Under the pieces are notes generated by a model. The model ran no database searches. It worked only from the letters and a program-made list of their open reading frames with translations, and had not been told where the DNA came from. Positions 1 to 10,955 of a DNA stretch of 64,000 bases are shown here, piece by piece. This DNA comes from an uncultured Enterobacteriaceae bacterium (GTDB lineage Bacteria > Pseudomonadota > Gammaproteobacteria > Burkholderiales > SG8-39): positions 20,206 through 84,205 of the forward strand of contig CAYWSG010000005.1 of assembly GCA_964461055.1 (NCBI GenBank), read 5' to 3'. A program made the translations under genes and the position numbers. Numbering within the stretch: the first letter of the stretch is position 1; the number at the start of each line of letters is the position of its first letter.

Positions 1-1375
1 CGCCGGGCACGCCGAGCAGGTTCCTGATGTACATGTTGCGCAGGTAGAAGCTGTGCATGCGCGCCGGCATGCGGGTGGAGTCCGCATTCCAGTAGAGCAG
101 ATCGAAGGGGAACGGGTCCTTGCCGAGCAGGTAGTTGTTCACCACGAACGACCAGATGAGGTCGTTCGCGCGCAGGAGGTTGAATGTGTTCGCCATCTCC
201 GAGCCCTCGAGGTAGCCGCGCTCGCTCATCCGGCGCTCGAGGTTGGCCACCTGCTCCTCGTCGATGAACACGCCGAGCTCGCCGGGCCTGGAGAAGTCGA
301 GCAGGCTCACGAAGAAGGTGGCCGAGCCGGCGCGATCGCGCAGGTCCTCCTTCTTCGCCATGTAGGCGAGCGTCACGCCGAGGAGCGTGCCGCCGAGGCA
401 ATACCCGATGAAGTTGACCCTGCGCTCGCCGGTGGCGCGCTCCACCGCGTCGAGCGCAGCCAGCGGGCCCTCCAGCATGTAGTCGTCGAAGCCCTTTTGC
501 GCCAGCCGCTCGTCGGGATTGACCCACGAGAGGACGAATACGGTATGGCCCTGCTCGAGCGCCCAGCGGATGAAGGAGTTCTTCTCGCGCAGGTCGAGGA
601 TGTAGTACTTGTTGATCCAAGGCGGAATGATGACGAGGGGGCGGCGGTGGACCTCCGCCGTGCGCGGCTCGTACTGGATGAGCTGCATGAGCTCGTTCTG
701 GAAAACCACCTTCCCGGGCGTGGTGGCGACGTTCCGGCCGAGCTCGAATGCGCTCTCGTCGGTCATGGAGATGCGCAGCCGCCCGCCCCCCCGCTCGAGG
801 TCGGCGAGGAGGTTGTTCAGGCCGCGGATCAGGTTCTCTCCCCCGCTCGCGAGCGTCTCCCGCAGCACCTGCGGGTTGGTCAGGATGAAGTTGGACGGCG
901 ACAGCGCGTCGATGTACTGCCGCGTGAAGAACGCCACCTTTTTCTCGGACTCCGGAGACAGCCCCTCGACGTCCTTGACGGCCTGCTGCAGATGACGGGC
1001 GGCGATGAGATAGGACTGCTTGATGTGATCGAAGATGAAGTTGCTCGACCAGTCGGCGTCCTTGAACCGGCTGTCGCCCTTCGCCGGCTCGGCGACGGGC
1101 GGCGCCTCCAGGCCCATCATCTTCATCCACGTCGATTGCCAGAGCTTCGCGTAGTCGACCCAGAAGTTGATTGCGGCGCTCGCCGCGACGGCAGGATCCG
1201 CGGCCATGCGCGCGTAGAGGTCCATGAAGGCCTTCGCGATGCCGAGCTCGTCGCGCACCGCGGAGGAGAGCGACTCGGCCTGCTTCTCGCTGAAGTCGCT
1301 CAGGATCCGGGAAGAGCGCCCGGCGACGGACTGCAGCACCTTCGCGAGCTCGTCCTTCGGCGCCGGGGTCGTCAT
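1..1375 (-). CDS. phaC: Class I poly(R)-hydroxyalkanoate synthase (3' end runs off the window)
   Basis: Manual translation from ATG at 1375: MTTPAPKDELAKVLQ...TPGKVVFQNELMQLIQY...PPWINKYYILDL...SWVNPD...lipase-like box IGYCLGGT...LRANDLIWSFVVNNYLLGKDPFPFDLLYWNADSTRMPA. It is missing from the ORF track because the stop lies outside the window. Confidence 0.95.
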   Translation of the reverse strand, partial: MTTPAPKDELAKVLQSVAGRSSRILSDFSEKQAESLSSAVRDELGIAKAFMDLYARMAADPAVAASAAINFWVDYAKLWQSTWMKMMGLEAPPVAEPAKGDSRFKDADWSSNFIFDHIKQSYLIAARHLQQAVKDVEGLSPESEKKVAFFTRQYIDALSPSNFILTNPQVLRETLASGGENLIRGLNNLLADLERGGGRLRISMTDESAFELGRNVATTPGKVVFQNELMQLIQYEPRTAEVHRRPLVIIPPWINKYYILDLREKNSFIRWALEQGHTVFVLSWVNPDERLAQKGFDDYMLEGPLAALDAVERATGERRVNFIGYCLGGTLLGVTLAYMAKKEDLRDRAGSATFFVSLLDFSRPGELGVFIDEEQVANLERRMSERGYLEGSEMANTFNLLRANDLIWSFVVNNYLLGKDPFPFDLLYWNADSTRMPARMHSFYLRNMYIRNLLGVPG

Positions 1376-2400
1376 GGCAGGGCGTAGCGCATGACGCCGT
1401 CGGTCCCCTCGTTGCGGACGATCCGGCCGGCGTAGTAGAGATAGTGCAGGTGCGCGATGGCCTCGCCCATGGCGAAGAACGTCTGGTGGGCATCGAGCGG
1501 CCGGCGAAAGAGGACACCGAGCAGGTCGGCGGCGCTTCGGGGCCCGGCCTTCAGCGCTTCGAGCAGCTCGGCGAAGCGCTCCTGATGATGCGCCGTCAGC
1601 TCCTCGACGCGCGCATGCGCGCCGCGGAAGGGCTTGCCATGCGAGGGAAGCACGAGCACGTCGGCCGGCAGGGCCCGATAGCGGTCGATGGACTGCAGGA
1701 AGAGCCGCAGCGGATCGCCTTCCGGATCGACCGACCAGACGCTTACGTTGGTCGAGATGGTCGAGAGCAGCATGTCGCCCGCGATGACCAAGTTCAGGTC
1801 ACGGCAGAAAAGCGAGAGGTGCTCCGGCGCATGGCCGTAGCCCACGATGGCCTGCCACTCGTGCTCGCCGATCCGGACCCGGTCGCCCTCGTAAATGCGA
1901 TGGTAGGCGTGCGGGAAATCCGGCACGAGCTCGCGATAGCGGTTGGGCCGGCCGCCCATGGCGGCGAGGCGCACGGCGTCCAGGCCGTTGCGGCGGAACA
2001 CCTCGAGCACCGCCTCGCTCGTGTAGCCTGCGCTCGCCGTGCTGACCGCGTGGGCGGTAAGGTACTCGCCCTGCGTGGTCCACAGCTCGACGCCGAAGCG
2101 CCGGCAGAGCCACTCGGCATTGCCCGCGTGATCCGGGTGGTAGTGGGTCAGGATGACGCGCTTCACCGCCGGCGGCTCGAGCCGCGCCAGCACCGTCTCC
2201 CAGTGGGCGCGAGTGACGGCGTTCCCGATGCCAGTGTCGACCACGGTCCAGCCGTCGCCGTCCCCGATGAGCCACAGGTTGATATGGTCGAGCTGGAAGG
2301 GCAGCGGCATGCGCAGCCACCGCACCCGGGGCGCGACCTCCATGGCCTCGCCCGGCTCGGGACGCGCGTCGAACGGGTAGCGGATGGCGGGAGCGTTCAT
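1372..2400 (-). CDS. MBL-fold metallo-hydrolase with C-terminal winged-helix (LACTB2/glyoxalase II-like)
   Basis: THYHPDHAG metal motif, GHAPEH, GDMLL, PSHG. Its stop overlaps the phaC start (ATGA). Confidence 0.85.
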   Translation of the reverse strand: MNAPAIRYPFDARPEPGEAMEVAPRVRWLRMPLPFQLDHINLWLIGDGDGWTVVDTGIGNAVTRAHWETVLARLEPPAVKRVILTHYHPDHAGNAEWLCRRFGVELWTTQGEYLTAHAVSTASAGYTSEAVLEVFRRNGLDAVRLAAMGGRPNRYRELVPDFPHAYHRIYEGDRVRIGEHEWQAIVGYGHAPEHLSLFCRDLNLVIAGDMLLSTISTNVSVWSVDPEGDPLRLFLQSIDRYRALPADVLVLPSHGKPFRGAHARVEELTAHHQERFAELLEALKAGPRSAADLLGVLFRRPLDAHQTFFAMGEAIAHLHYLYYAGRIVRNEGTDGVMRYALP

Positions 2401-2432
2401 GGGTATCGACTAGAATCTACCGGCAAACTACC

Positions 2433-2822
2433 ATGCCGAAGGAATCGAAGGAGCGCACCGAGTATTCGATCAGCGAACTGGCGCGCGAGTTCGACGTCAC
2501 GCCGCGCGCCATCCGCTTCTACGAGGACCAGGGGCTGCTTTCGCCCCGCCGCGAGGGCCAGCGCCGCATCTATACCCCGCGCGACCGCACGCGGCTCAAG
2601 CTCACCCTGCGCGGGAAGCGCCTGGGGCTCGCGCTCTCCGAGATCCGCGAGCTGATCGACATGTACGAGCCCGGGCGCGACGAGCGGCCGCAGCTCAAGC
2701 GCTTCCTCGCGCTGCTCGAGACGCACAAGGCGGGCCTCCTTCAGCAGCGCGCAGACCTAGAGGCGCAGCTCGCCGAGATCGGCGCCTTCGAGCGCAAGGT
2801 GCGCAAGCGGCTGAAGGCCTGA
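2433..2822 (+). CDS. liuR: MerR-family regulator, LiuR-like
   Basis: YSISELAREFDVTPRAIRFYEDQGLLSPRR...RLKLTLRGKRLGLALSEIRELIDMY. Adjacent to the liu operon and a LiuR-type palindrome. Confidence 0.88.
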   Translation: MPKESKERTEYSISELAREFDVTPRAIRFYEDQGLLSPRREGQRRIYTPRDRTRLKLTLRGKRLGLALSEIRELIDMYEPGRDERPQLKRFLALLETHKAGLLQQRADLEAQLAEIGAFERKVRKRLKA

Positions 2823-2832
2823 GCGGGCCCGG

Positions 2833-2861
2833 TTGACGTTTACGTAAACGTCAAGTAGCCT
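2833..2861 (+). promoter_or_regulatory. LiuR-type operator overlapping a sigma70 promoter (TTGACG-N17-TAGCCT)
   Basis: Perfect 22-bp palindrome TTGACGTTTACGTAAACGTCAA at 2833-2854. Its first 6 nt form a -35, and TAGCCT follows at 2856-2861. Confidence 0.85.
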
Positions 2862-2868
2862 CGCGCCG

Positions 2869-3339
2869 ATGACCGCGCCCCCCTCCTTTCGCTGGCAGCC
2901 GGCCGACCCCGGCTTCGAGGCGCGCATCCGGGCGAGCTTCGGCCGCCAGCAGGCCATGGCGCTCATCGGCGCCTCGCTCGCGGCGGTCTCCGCCGGGCAT
3001 GTGGAAGTGACGTTGCCGTTCCGCGACGCGATCACCCAGCAGAAGGGCTTCGTGCACGGCGGCATCATCGGCATGATCGCCGACTCTGCCTGCGGCTACG
3101 CCGCGTACTCGCTCATGCCGGCGAGCGCCTCGCTCGTGACCGTGGAGTACAAGATCAACATCCTTGCTCCCGCCGTAGGGGATCTCGTCGCCGTGGGCGA
3201 CGTGGTGAAGCCGGGACGCACGCTTACCGTCGCGCGTGCGGAGGTGTACGCTCGGGACGGCAAGCACGTCGCCACGATGCAGCAGACCCTCATGATGCTC
3301 GCGGATACGCCCGATCATCCCGGCGGCACCACCGGATAG
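2869..3339 (+). CDS. PaaI-family hot-dog thioesterase
   Basis: QQKGFVHGGIIGMIADSACGYAA, VTVEYKINILAPA, GRTLTVARAEV. Confidence 0.88.
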   Translation: MTAPPSFRWQPADPGFEARIRASFGRQQAMALIGASLAAVSAGHVEVTLPFRDAITQQKGFVHGGIIGMIADSACGYAAYSLMPASASLVTVEYKINILAPAVGDLVAVGDVVKPGRTLTVARAEVYARDGKHVATMQQTLMMLADTPDHPGGTTG

Positions 3340-3357
3340 GACGCCAGGCAACCCGTC

Positions 3358-4512
3358 ATGTACCTCAAGTTCGACCACGGCGAGACGATCGCCATGCTGC
3401 GCGATTCGGTGCGCGACTTCGCGGCTCGCGAGATCGCGCCGCGCGCTGCGGAGATCGACCGGGCCAACGCATTCCCCGACGACCTGTGGCGCAAGATGGG
3501 CGCGCTCGGCCTGCTCGGCATCACCGTGGAGGAGGACTATGGCGGGACGGCCCTCGGCTATCTCGCCCACATCGTCGCCATGGAGGAGATCTCGCGCGCG
3601 TCGGCCTCGGTAGGGCTTTCCTACGGAGCGCACTCCAACCTCTGCGTCAACCAGATCCGGCGCAACGGCAGCGATGCCCAGCGGCGCCGCTACCTGCCCA
3701 GGCTCATCTCCGGCGAGCATGTCGGGGCGCTCGCGATGTCGGAGCCGGGCGCGGGGTCGGACGTCGTCGGCATGCGGCTGCGGGCGGAGAGGCGCGGCGA
3801 TGTCTACCTCCTCAACGGCAACAAGATGTGGATCACCAACGGTCCGGACGCCGATGTGCTGGTGGTCTACGCGAAGACCGACGCCGCAGCGGGACCGCGC
3901 GGCATCACGGCCTTCATCGTCGAAAAGGGCATGAAAGGCTTCTCCGCGGCGCAGAAGCTCGACAAGCTCGGCATGCGCGGCTCCAATACCTGCGAGCTCG
4001 TCTTCCGCGACTGCGAGGTGCCGGCCGAGAACGTCCTCGGGGCCGAGGGGAAGGGGGTGAGCGTGCTCATGTCCGGGCTCGACTACGAGCGCGCCGTGCT
4101 GGCCGGCGGGCCCCTCGGCATCATGGCCGCATGCCTGGACGTCGTCGTCCCGTACGTGCACGAGCGCAAGCAGTTCGGCCAGCCGATCGGCGAATTCCAG
4201 CTCATGCAAGGCAAGCTCGCCGACATGTACACGACTTTCTCGGCCTGCCGTGCCTATGTCTACGCGGTCGGACAGGCGCTCGACCGCAACGAGACGACGC
4301 GCAAGGATGCCGCGGGCGCGATCCTCTACGCGGCGGAGAAGGCCACCTGGATGGCCGGCGAGGCGATCCAGGCCCTGGGCGGGATGGGCTACATCAACGA
4401 AACGCCCACCGGCCGCCTGTGGCGTGACGCCAAGCTCTACGAGATCGGCGCCGGCACCTCCGAGATCCGTCGCTGGCTGATCGGCCGCGAGCTCTTCTCG
4501 GAGACGGCATGA
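3358..4512 (+). CDS. liuA: Isovaleryl-CoA dehydrogenase
   Basis: [72 protein letters not shown]. Confidence 0.95.
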   Translation: MYLKFDHGETIAMLRDSVRDFAAREIAPRAAEIDRANAFPDDLWRKMGALGLLGITVEEDYGGTALGYLAHIVAMEEISRASASVGLSYGAHSNLCVNQIRRNGSDAQRRRYLPRLISGEHVGALAMSEPGAGSDVVGMRLRAERRGDVYLLNGNKMWITNGPDADVLVVYAKTDAAAGPRGITAFIVEKGMKGFSAAQKLDKLGMRGSNTCELVFRDCEVPAENVLGAEGKGVSVLMSGLDYERAVLAGGPLGIMAACLDVVVPYVHERKQFGQPIGEFQLMQGKLADMYTTFSACRAYVYAVGQALDRNETTRKDAAGAILYAAEKATWMAGEAIQALGGMGYINETPTGRLWRDAKLYEIGAGTSEIRRWLIGRELFSETA

Positions 4513-4955
4513 GAGCGCCGGCGCCCGGACTAACGGAGACCTATCGCGGCACGGTGTACCCGTGGCAGTGCGACCACATGGGCCATATGAACGTCATGTG
4601 GTATGTCGGCAAGTTCGACGAGGCGACGTGGAACCTCTTCGCGACGATGGGCGTCACCGCGACATTCCTGCGCGAGCAGCGGCGCGCGATGGCCGCCGTG
4701 CAGCAGAACATCACTTACAAGCGCGAGCTGCTCGCCGGCGATATCGTCGTCGTGCGCTCGGCGTTCCTCGAAGTGCGCGAGAAGGTGGCGCGCTTCGTCC
4801 ACGAGATGTACAACGCCCAGAGCGGCGCCCTCGCCGCCGTGTGCCACCTGACGGGGGTGCACATGGATGCGACCACGAGGAAATCCTGTCCGTTTCCCCA
4901 GGATATCCTCGACCGCGGCCAAGGCCTCGTGCGCAGCTACACTCCCGTCGCCTGA
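4509..4955 (+). CDS. 4HBT/FadM-like acyl-CoA thioesterase
   Basis: [17 protein letters not shown] motif with the conserved Asp; [15 protein letters not shown] overlap with liuA. Confidence 0.8.
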   Translation: MRAPAPGLTETYRGTVYPWQCDHMGHMNVMWYVGKFDEATWNLFATMGVTATFLREQRRAMAAVQQNITYKRELLAGDIVVVRSAFLEVREKVARFVHEMYNAQSGALAAVCHLTGVHMDATTRKSCPFPQDILDRGQGLVRSYTPVA

Positions 4956-4965
4956 AGGAGGTCCC

Positions 4966-6153
4966 ATGCAAGCCGATCCGATCGTCATCGTTTCCGCCGC
5001 CCGCACCCCGATGGGCGCGTTCCAGGGCGAGCTCAGGGGCTTCGCCGCCCCCGAGCTCGGCGCCGCGGCCATCCGCGCAGCCGTCGAGCGCGCGAAAGTG
5101 AAGCCCGAGGAGGTCGACGAGGTCATCATGGGCTGCGTGCTGCCTGCGGGACAAGGCCAGGCGCCGGCGCGCCAGGCCTCGCTCGGCGGCGGGCTGCCGC
5201 TCGCCGCGGGCTGCACGACCGTGAACAAGATGTGCGGCTCGGGCATGAAGGCCGCCATGCTCGCGCACGACCTGCTCGCCGTCGGCTCGGCCCAGGTCAT
5301 CGTCGCCGGCGGCATGGAGTCCATGACGAACGCGCCGTATCTCATGCCCAAGGCGCGCGCCGGCTACCGCATGGGCCACCAGCAGGTGCTCGACCACATG
5401 TTCTACGACGGCCTCGAGGACGCCTACGACAAGGGCCGGCTGATGGGCACCTTCGCCGAGGATTGCGCCTCGCGCTACCAGTTTTCGCGCGCGGCGCAGG
5501 ACGAATTCGCCGTCGAGTCCCTGAAGCGGGCGCAGAAGGCGAACAAGGAGGGCTGGTTCGCATGGGAGATCACGCCCATCGCGATCAAGGCGGGCAAGGA
5601 GGAGCGCTTCGTCGAGACCGACGAGCAGCCGTTCAAGGCGAACCTGGACAAGATTCCGACGCTGAAGCCCGCGTTCCGCAAGGACGGGACGGTGACCGCC
5701 GCGAACTCGAGCTCGATTTCCGATGGCGCTGCGGCGCTCGTGATGATGCGCCGCTCGGCCGCCGAGCGGCGCGGGCTCGCGCCCCTCGCCACGGTGGTCG
5801 GCCACGCCACGCATGCCCAGGAGCCGGGCTGGTTCACCACGGCGCCCGTCGGGGCCATCGCCAAGCTCCACGAGCGCACCGGATGGAGCGCCAAGGACGT
5901 CGATCTCTATGAGATCAACGAGGCGTTCGCGGTCGTCGCCATGGCGGCAATGAAGGAGCACGGCCTGCCGCACGACAAGGTCAACGTGCACGGCGGCGCC
6001 TGCGCCCTGGGCCATCCCATCGGCGCCTCGGGGGCGCGCATCCTCGTGACCCTGCTCGGCGCGCTGCGCAAGTACGGCCTGAAGCGCGGCGTGGCAAGCC
6101 TGTGCATCGGTGGCGGCGAGGCGACCGCGATGGCGATCGAGCTCTCTGCATAG
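4966..6153 (+). CDS. Acetyl-CoA C-acyltransferase (thiolase)
   Basis: AAGGAGG SD before ATG 4966. NKMCGSG, NEAF, GHPIGASG and CIGGGEA thiolase motifs. Confidence 0.93.
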   Translation: MQADPIVIVSAARTPMGAFQGELRGFAAPELGAAAIRAAVERAKVKPEEVDEVIMGCVLPAGQGQAPARQASLGGGLPLAAGCTTVNKMCGSGMKAAMLAHDLLAVGSAQVIVAGGMESMTNAPYLMPKARAGYRMGHQQVLDHMFYDGLEDAYDKGRLMGTFAEDCASRYQFSRAAQDEFAVESLKRAQKANKEGWFAWEITPIAIKAGKEERFVETDEQPFKANLDKIPTLKPAFRKDGTVTAANSSSISDGAAALVMMRRSAAERRGLAPLATVVGHATHAQEPGWFTTAPVGAIAKLHERTGWSAKDVDLYEINEAFAVVAMAAMKEHGLPHDKVNVHGGACALGHPIGASGARILVTLLGALRKYGLKRGVASLCIGGGEATAMAIELSA

Positions 6154-6158
6154 GCGAG

Positions 6159-6560
6159 ATGCGAGCGACCAAGAAGGAGCTGCAGCGCCTGCTCGACGGC
6201 TCCCGCTTCCTTCGCCCCTACGGCTTCCGCATCGTTCGCTCGGGGGAGGAGGGCTGCACGATCGAGCTGCCGCACCGGCCGCGCCTCGAGCGGCCCGGCG
6301 GCATCATCAACGGGCCCGCCCTCATGGCGGCCGCCGACTGCGCCATGTGGCTCGCCATCAAGGCACGCATCGGCCTGAACAAGGACGCGCTCACTTCGGA
6401 GCTGAACACCGCGTTCCTCAACCCCGCGAAGGACGGGCACGTGTACTGCACCGCCCGCATCCTCAAGTTCGGCCGGCGCAGCATCTACGGCACCGCGGAG
6501 TGCCACTCCAGGAGCGGGCAGCTCTACAGCCACCACACCGTCACCTACGTGCCCATCTGA
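6159..6560 (+). CDS. PaaI-family hot-dog protein (HGG replaced by NGP)
   Basis: [49 protein letters not shown]. Start taken at ATG 6159. Confidence 0.78.
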   Translation: MRATKKELQRLLDGSRFLRPYGFRIVRSGEEGCTIELPHRPRLERPGGIINGPALMAAADCAMWLAIKARIGLNKDALTSELNTAFLNPAKDGHVYCTARILKFGRRSIYGTAECHSRSGQLYSHHTVTYVPI

Positions 6561-6597
6561 CACCGATGCGCCCGCCGATGCCGCAAGCCGCCGCCTG

Positions 6598-8184
6598 ATG
6601 CCGGTCATCAAGAGCCGAGTCGATCCTCGCGCCGCCGAATTCCGCGCGAACGCCGAGCAGATGAAGGCGCTGGTGGACGACCTCAGGGCCAAGGTCGCCA
6701 CCGTCTCGAGGGGCGGCGACGAGCAGGCGCGCGCGCGCCACGTGGGCCGTGGAAAGCTGCTGCCGCGCGAGCGCGTGGCAAAGCTTCTCGATCCGGGGTC
6801 GCCGTTCCTCGAGATCGGGCAGCTTGCCGCCTGGGGCATGTACAGCGGCGACGTGCATTCGGCCTCCATCATCTGCGGCGTCGGCCGGGTCTCGGGACGC
6901 GAATGCGTGATCGTGGCGAACGACGCCACCATCAAGGGCGGCACGTACTACCCGATGACGGTGAAGAAGCACCTGCGCGCGCAGGAAATCGCGGCGCAGA
7001 ACCGGCTGCCCTGCATCTACCTCGTCGACTCGGGCGGCGGCTTCCTCCCCGAGCAGGACAACGTCTTTCCCGACCGGGAGCACTTCGGCCGCATCTTCTA
7101 CAACATCGCCAACATGTCGGCGGCCGGCATCCCGCAGATCGCCGCGGTCATGGGCTCCTGCACCGCGGGCGGAGCGTACGTGCCGGCGATGTCGGACGAG
7201 TCGATCATCGTGAAGGGCCAGGGAACGATCTTCCTCGGGGGCCCGCCCCTCGTGAAGGCGGCGATCGGCGAGGTGGTGACCCCCGAGGAGCTCGGCGGCG
7301 CCGACGTGCATACGCGGGTGTCCGGGGTGGCGGATCACTACGCCGTCGACGATCCGCACGCGCTTGCCATCTGCCGGCGCATCGTGGCCGGCCTGAACGC
7401 GCGCAAGGAAGCGCGGGTGCATGCGATCCCGCCCCGAGCACCACTCTATCCCGCCGAGGAGCTCTACGGGATCATTCCCGCCGACGCGCGCAAGCCCTAC
7501 GACGTGCGGGAAGTGATCGCGCGGCTCGTCGACGGCTCCGAGCTCGACGAATTCAAGCAGAACTACGGCACGACGCTCGTGACCGGCTTTGCGCACATCC
7601 ACGGCTACCCCGTCGGAATCCTCGCGAACAACGGCATCCTCTTCTCGGAGTCGTCGCTCAAGGCCGCGCACTTCATCGAGCTCGCCTGCCAGCGCGGGAT
7701 TCCGCTGCTCTTCCTGCAGAACATCACCGGCTACATGGTGGGACGAAAATACGAGGCCGGCGGCATTGCGAAGGACGGGGCCAAGATGGTGACCGCGGTG
7801 GCTACCGCCCGGGTGCCGAAGTTCACCATGATCATCGGCGGCTCGTTCGGCGCCGGCAACTATGGCATGTGCGGGCGCGCCTACTCGCCGCGGTTTCTCT
7901 GGATGTGGCCCAACGCGCGGGTCTCCATCATGGGCGGTGAGCAGGCCGCCGCGGTGCTCGCCACGGTCAAAGGCGAGTTCCCATCCCCGGAAGCGGAGGA
8001 AAAGTTCAAGCGGCCCATCCGGGAACAGTACGAGCGGCAGGGGCACCCTTACTATGCGAGCGCGCGGCTGTGGGACGACGGCGTGGTGGATCCGGCAGAC
8101 AGCCGGCGCCTTCTAGCGCTCGCCATCTCCGCCTCCCTCAACGCGCCCATCGAGGACACCAGGTTCGGCGTATTCAGGATGTAG
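6598..8184 (+). CDS. liuB: 3-methylcrotonyl-CoA carboxylase beta (carboxyltransferase) subunit
   Basis: [66 protein letters not shown]. Confidence 0.95.
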   Translation: MPVIKSRVDPRAAEFRANAEQMKALVDDLRAKVATVSRGGDEQARARHVGRGKLLPRERVAKLLDPGSPFLEIGQLAAWGMYSGDVHSASIICGVGRVSGRECVIVANDATIKGGTYYPMTVKKHLRAQEIAAQNRLPCIYLVDSGGGFLPEQDNVFPDREHFGRIFYNIANMSAAGIPQIAAVMGSCTAGGAYVPAMSDESIIVKGQGTIFLGGPPLVKAAIGEVVTPEELGGADVHTRVSGVADHYAVDDPHALAICRRIVAGLNARKEARVHAIPPRAPLYPAEELYGIIPADARKPYDVREVIARLVDGSELDEFKQNYGTTLVTGFAHIHGYPVGILANNGILFSESSLKAAHFIELACQRGIPLLFLQNITGYMVGRKYEAGGIAKDGAKMVTAVATARVPKFTMIIGGSFGAGNYGMCGRAYSPRFLWMWPNARVSIMGGEQAAAVLATVKGEFPSPEAEEKFKRPIREQYERQGHPYYASARLWDDGVVDPADSRRLLALAISASLNAPIEDTRFGVFRM

Positions 8185-8187
8185 ATC

Positions 8188-8967
8188 ATGCTTCTGGTAG
8201 AGCGAAAAGATGGCGTCGCGCGAGTGACGCTGAACCGCCCCGAGGTGCGCAACGCGTTCGATGACGCCCTCATCGCCGCCCTCCGAAAGGCCTTTGACGA
8301 GCTCTCGGACGATGCCAGCGTGCGCGCCGTCGTCCTCGCCGGCAACGGACCGGCCTTCTGCGCCGGGGCCGACCTCAACTGGATGAAGCGGATGGCCGGC
8401 TACGGCTACGACGAGAACCTCGCCGATGCCCAGGCGCTCGCCGACATGCTGGTCGCGCTCGACCGCCTGCCCAAGCCGACGATCGCCCGGGTGCACGGGC
8501 CGGCATTTGCCGGCGGCACGGGGCTCGTCGCGGCCTGCGACATCGCCGTCGGGACCGCGGAAGCGAAGTTCTGCTTCTCCGAGGCGAAGCTCGGGCTCTC
8601 GCCCGCCACCATCAGCCCGCACGTCATGCGCGCCATCGGCGAGCGCGCGGCGCGCCGCTACTTCCTGACGGCCGAAGTCTTCGATGCGGCCGAAGCCGAG
8701 CGGCTCGGACTGCTGACCCTCACGGTCGAGCCCGCCGCGCTCGACGGAACGATCGACGGGCTGCTGAAGCATCTTCTCGCAGGCGGGCCGGCGGCACTGA
8801 AGGAGATCAAGGCGCTCATCCGGGCCGTGGCCGGAAGACCGGTGGACGACGCGCTTGCGGCGGACACCGCGCGGCGCATTGCCGAGATCCGCGTGTCGAG
8901 CGAAGGCAAGGAAGGCATCGCTTCCTTCCTCGAGAAGCGCAAGCCAGCCTGGGTCGCCAAGCGCTGA
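8188..8967 (+). CDS. liuC: Methylglutaconyl-CoA hydratase (crotonase family)
   Basis: LNRPEVRNAFD, FCAGADLNWMKR, FSEAKLGLSPATISP. Lies between liuB and liuD. Confidence 0.9.
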   Translation: MLLVERKDGVARVTLNRPEVRNAFDDALIAALRKAFDELSDDASVRAVVLAGNGPAFCAGADLNWMKRMAGYGYDENLADAQALADMLVALDRLPKPTIARVHGPAFAGGTGLVAACDIAVGTAEAKFCFSEAKLGLSPATISPHVMRAIGERAARRYFLTAEVFDAAEAERLGLLTLTVEPAALDGTIDGLLKHLLAGGPAALKEIKALIRAVAGRPVDDALAADTARRIAEIRVSSEGKEGIASFLEKRKPAWVAKR

Positions 8968-10955
8968 TGTTTCGCAAGGTCCTCATCGCGAACCGGGGAG
9001 AGATCGCCTGCCGCGTGATGCGCACGGCGCGACGACTCGGCATTCGCACCGTGGCCGTCTATTCCGACGCGGACCGCGACGCGCTGCACGTGCGCGAAGC
9101 GGACGAGGCGCGCCGCATCGGCCCTGCGCCGGCGGCCGAAAGCTATCTCGACATCCAGGCCGTGCTTGCTGCGGCGAGGGCCGCCGGGGCGGACGCGATT
9201 CATCCGGGCTACGGCTTCCTCTCGGAGAACGAGCACTTTGCCCGGGCATGCACCGAGGCCGGGATCGTCTTCGTCGGACCGAGCGCCGACTCGATCGCCG
9301 CCATGGGCGACAAGGCCGCCGCCAAGCGGCTCATGGAGAGGGCCGGCGTGCCGCTCGTGCCGGGCTATCACGGCGAAAGGCAGGACGCAGCCTTCCTCGA
9401 GCGCGAGGCGGCGCGCATCGGCTTTCCCGTGCTCATCAAGCCCTCGGGGGGCGGCGGCGGCAAGGGCATGCGCGTCGTCGACGAGGCAAGCGCGTTCGCC
9501 GGTCAGCTCGAGGCGGCGAAGCGCGAGGCGAAATCCGCATTCGGCGACGAGCGGGTTCTCCTCGAGCGCTATCTCCAGCGGCCGCGCCACATCGAAGTGC
9601 AGGTCTTCGGCGACGGCAAGGGCGGCGTGGTGCATCTCTTCGAGCGCGATTGCTCCGTGCAGCGCCGGCACCAGAAGGTGCTGGAGGAGGCCCCCGCGCC
9701 CGGCATGACCGCGGCGCGCCGAAAGGAAATGGGCGAGGCCGCCTGCGCCGCGGCCCGCGCGATCCGGTACGCCGGTGCCGGCACGGTCGAGTTCATCGTG
9801 GAGCAGGACGGCCGCTTCTACTTCATGGAGATGAATACGCGCCTGCAGGTCGAGCACCCCGTGACGGAGATGATCACCGGCCTCGACCTGGTGGAATGGC
9901 AGTTGCGCATCGCGGCCGGCGAGCCGCTCCCGCTGCGGCAGGAGCAGCTCGCCTTTGCCGGCCACGCCCTCGAGGCGCGGCTCTACGCCGAAGACCCGGA
10001 CCGCGGGTTCCTGCCGGCGACCGGCAGGATCGTGCACCTCGTCTTTCCGGACGAAGGCGATGGCGTCCGGGTGGATGCTGGCGTGGCAGCGGGCGGCACG
10101 ATCAGCCCCTGGTACGACCCCATGATCGCCAAGCTCGTGGTCCACGGCCGCGACCGCGAAAGCGCGCTCGCGACGCTGCGCCGGGCGCTCTTGCAGCTCG
10201 AGGTCGGCGGTTTAGCAACCAACGCGGCATTCCTTTCCCGCCTTGCCGACCACCCCGCCTTCGAGCGAGGCGAGGTCGACACCGGATTTATCGAGCGCCA
10301 CCGTGAAGCCCTGCTGCCACCCCCGGCGCCGGCGCCAGAGGAGACGCTCGCAGCCGCGGCGCTGGCGGAGCTTCTCCATGAGGAGGCGGGGGCACGCGCG
10401 GCAGCCTCGGCGTCTGGCGACCCCTGGTCGCCGTGGCACGAGGTGGACGGCTGGCGGCTCAATTCCGAGTCGCATCACGACTTCGTCTTCGGGGAAGGCG
10501 AAGCGCGCTATCCCGTACGCGTGCGCTTTTCCGACCAGGGAAAGCGCCTCGCCTTCGGCGGCCGTGACGAGCCCTTCGACGGCTGCGCCCTCCCCGACGG
10601 CCGCCTGCAGATCCGGCTCGGCGACCGAAGTTTCTCTGCACAAGCCGTGCGCAATGGCGGAAGCTGGCACGTGTTCTGCAACGGCGCTTACCGAAGGCTG
10701 GCGCTGCAGCCCGAGCTCCAAGCCCCCGAGGACGAGTCGGCCGCTGGATCGCTCATCGCCCCGATGCCGGGCAAGGTCGTCCGCCTGCTCGTGGAACTGG
10801 GCGCGCAGGTGCGCAAGGGCCAGCCTCTTCTCATTCTCGAGGCCATGAAAATGGAGCACACCATCACCGCGCCGGCCGACGGCGTCATCTCGGAGATTCG
10901 CTACGCGGCCGGTGAGCAGGTCCTCGAAGGCGCACAATTGATCGCCATGGCATGA
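8967..10955 (+). CDS. liuD: 3-methylcrotonyl-CoA carboxylase alpha (biotin carboxylase/BCCP) subunit
   Basis: [46 protein letters not shown], biotinylation motif EAMKME. Confidence 0.95.
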   Translation: MFRKVLIANRGEIACRVMRTARRLGIRTVAVYSDADRDALHVREADEARRIGPAPAAESYLDIQAVLAAARAAGADAIHPGYGFLSENEHFARACTEAGIVFVGPSADSIAAMGDKAAAKRLMERAGVPLVPGYHGERQDAAFLEREAARIGFPVLIKPSGGGGGKGMRVVDEASAFAGQLEAAKREAKSAFGDERVLLERYLQRPRHIEVQVFGDGKGGVVHLFERDCSVQRRHQKVLEEAPAPGMTAARRKEMGEAACAAARAIRYAGAGTVEFIVEQDGRFYFMEMNTRLQVEHPVTEMITGLDLVEWQLRIAAGEPLPLRQEQLAFAGHALEARLYAEDPDRGFLPATGRIVHLVFPDEGDGVRVDAGVAAGGTISPWYDPMIAKLVVHGRDRESALATLRRALLQLEVGGLATNAAFLSRLADHPAFERGEVDTGFIERHREALLPPPAPAPEETLAAAALAELLHEEAGARAAASASGDPWSPWHEVDGWRLNSESHHDFVFGEGEARYPVRVRFSDQGKRLAFGGRDEPFDGCALPDGRLQIRLGDRSFSAQAVRNGGSWHVFCNGAYRRLALQPELQAPEDESAAGSLIAPMPGKVVRLLVELGAQVRKGQPLLILEAMKMEHTITAPADGVISEIRYAAGEQVLEGAQLIAMA

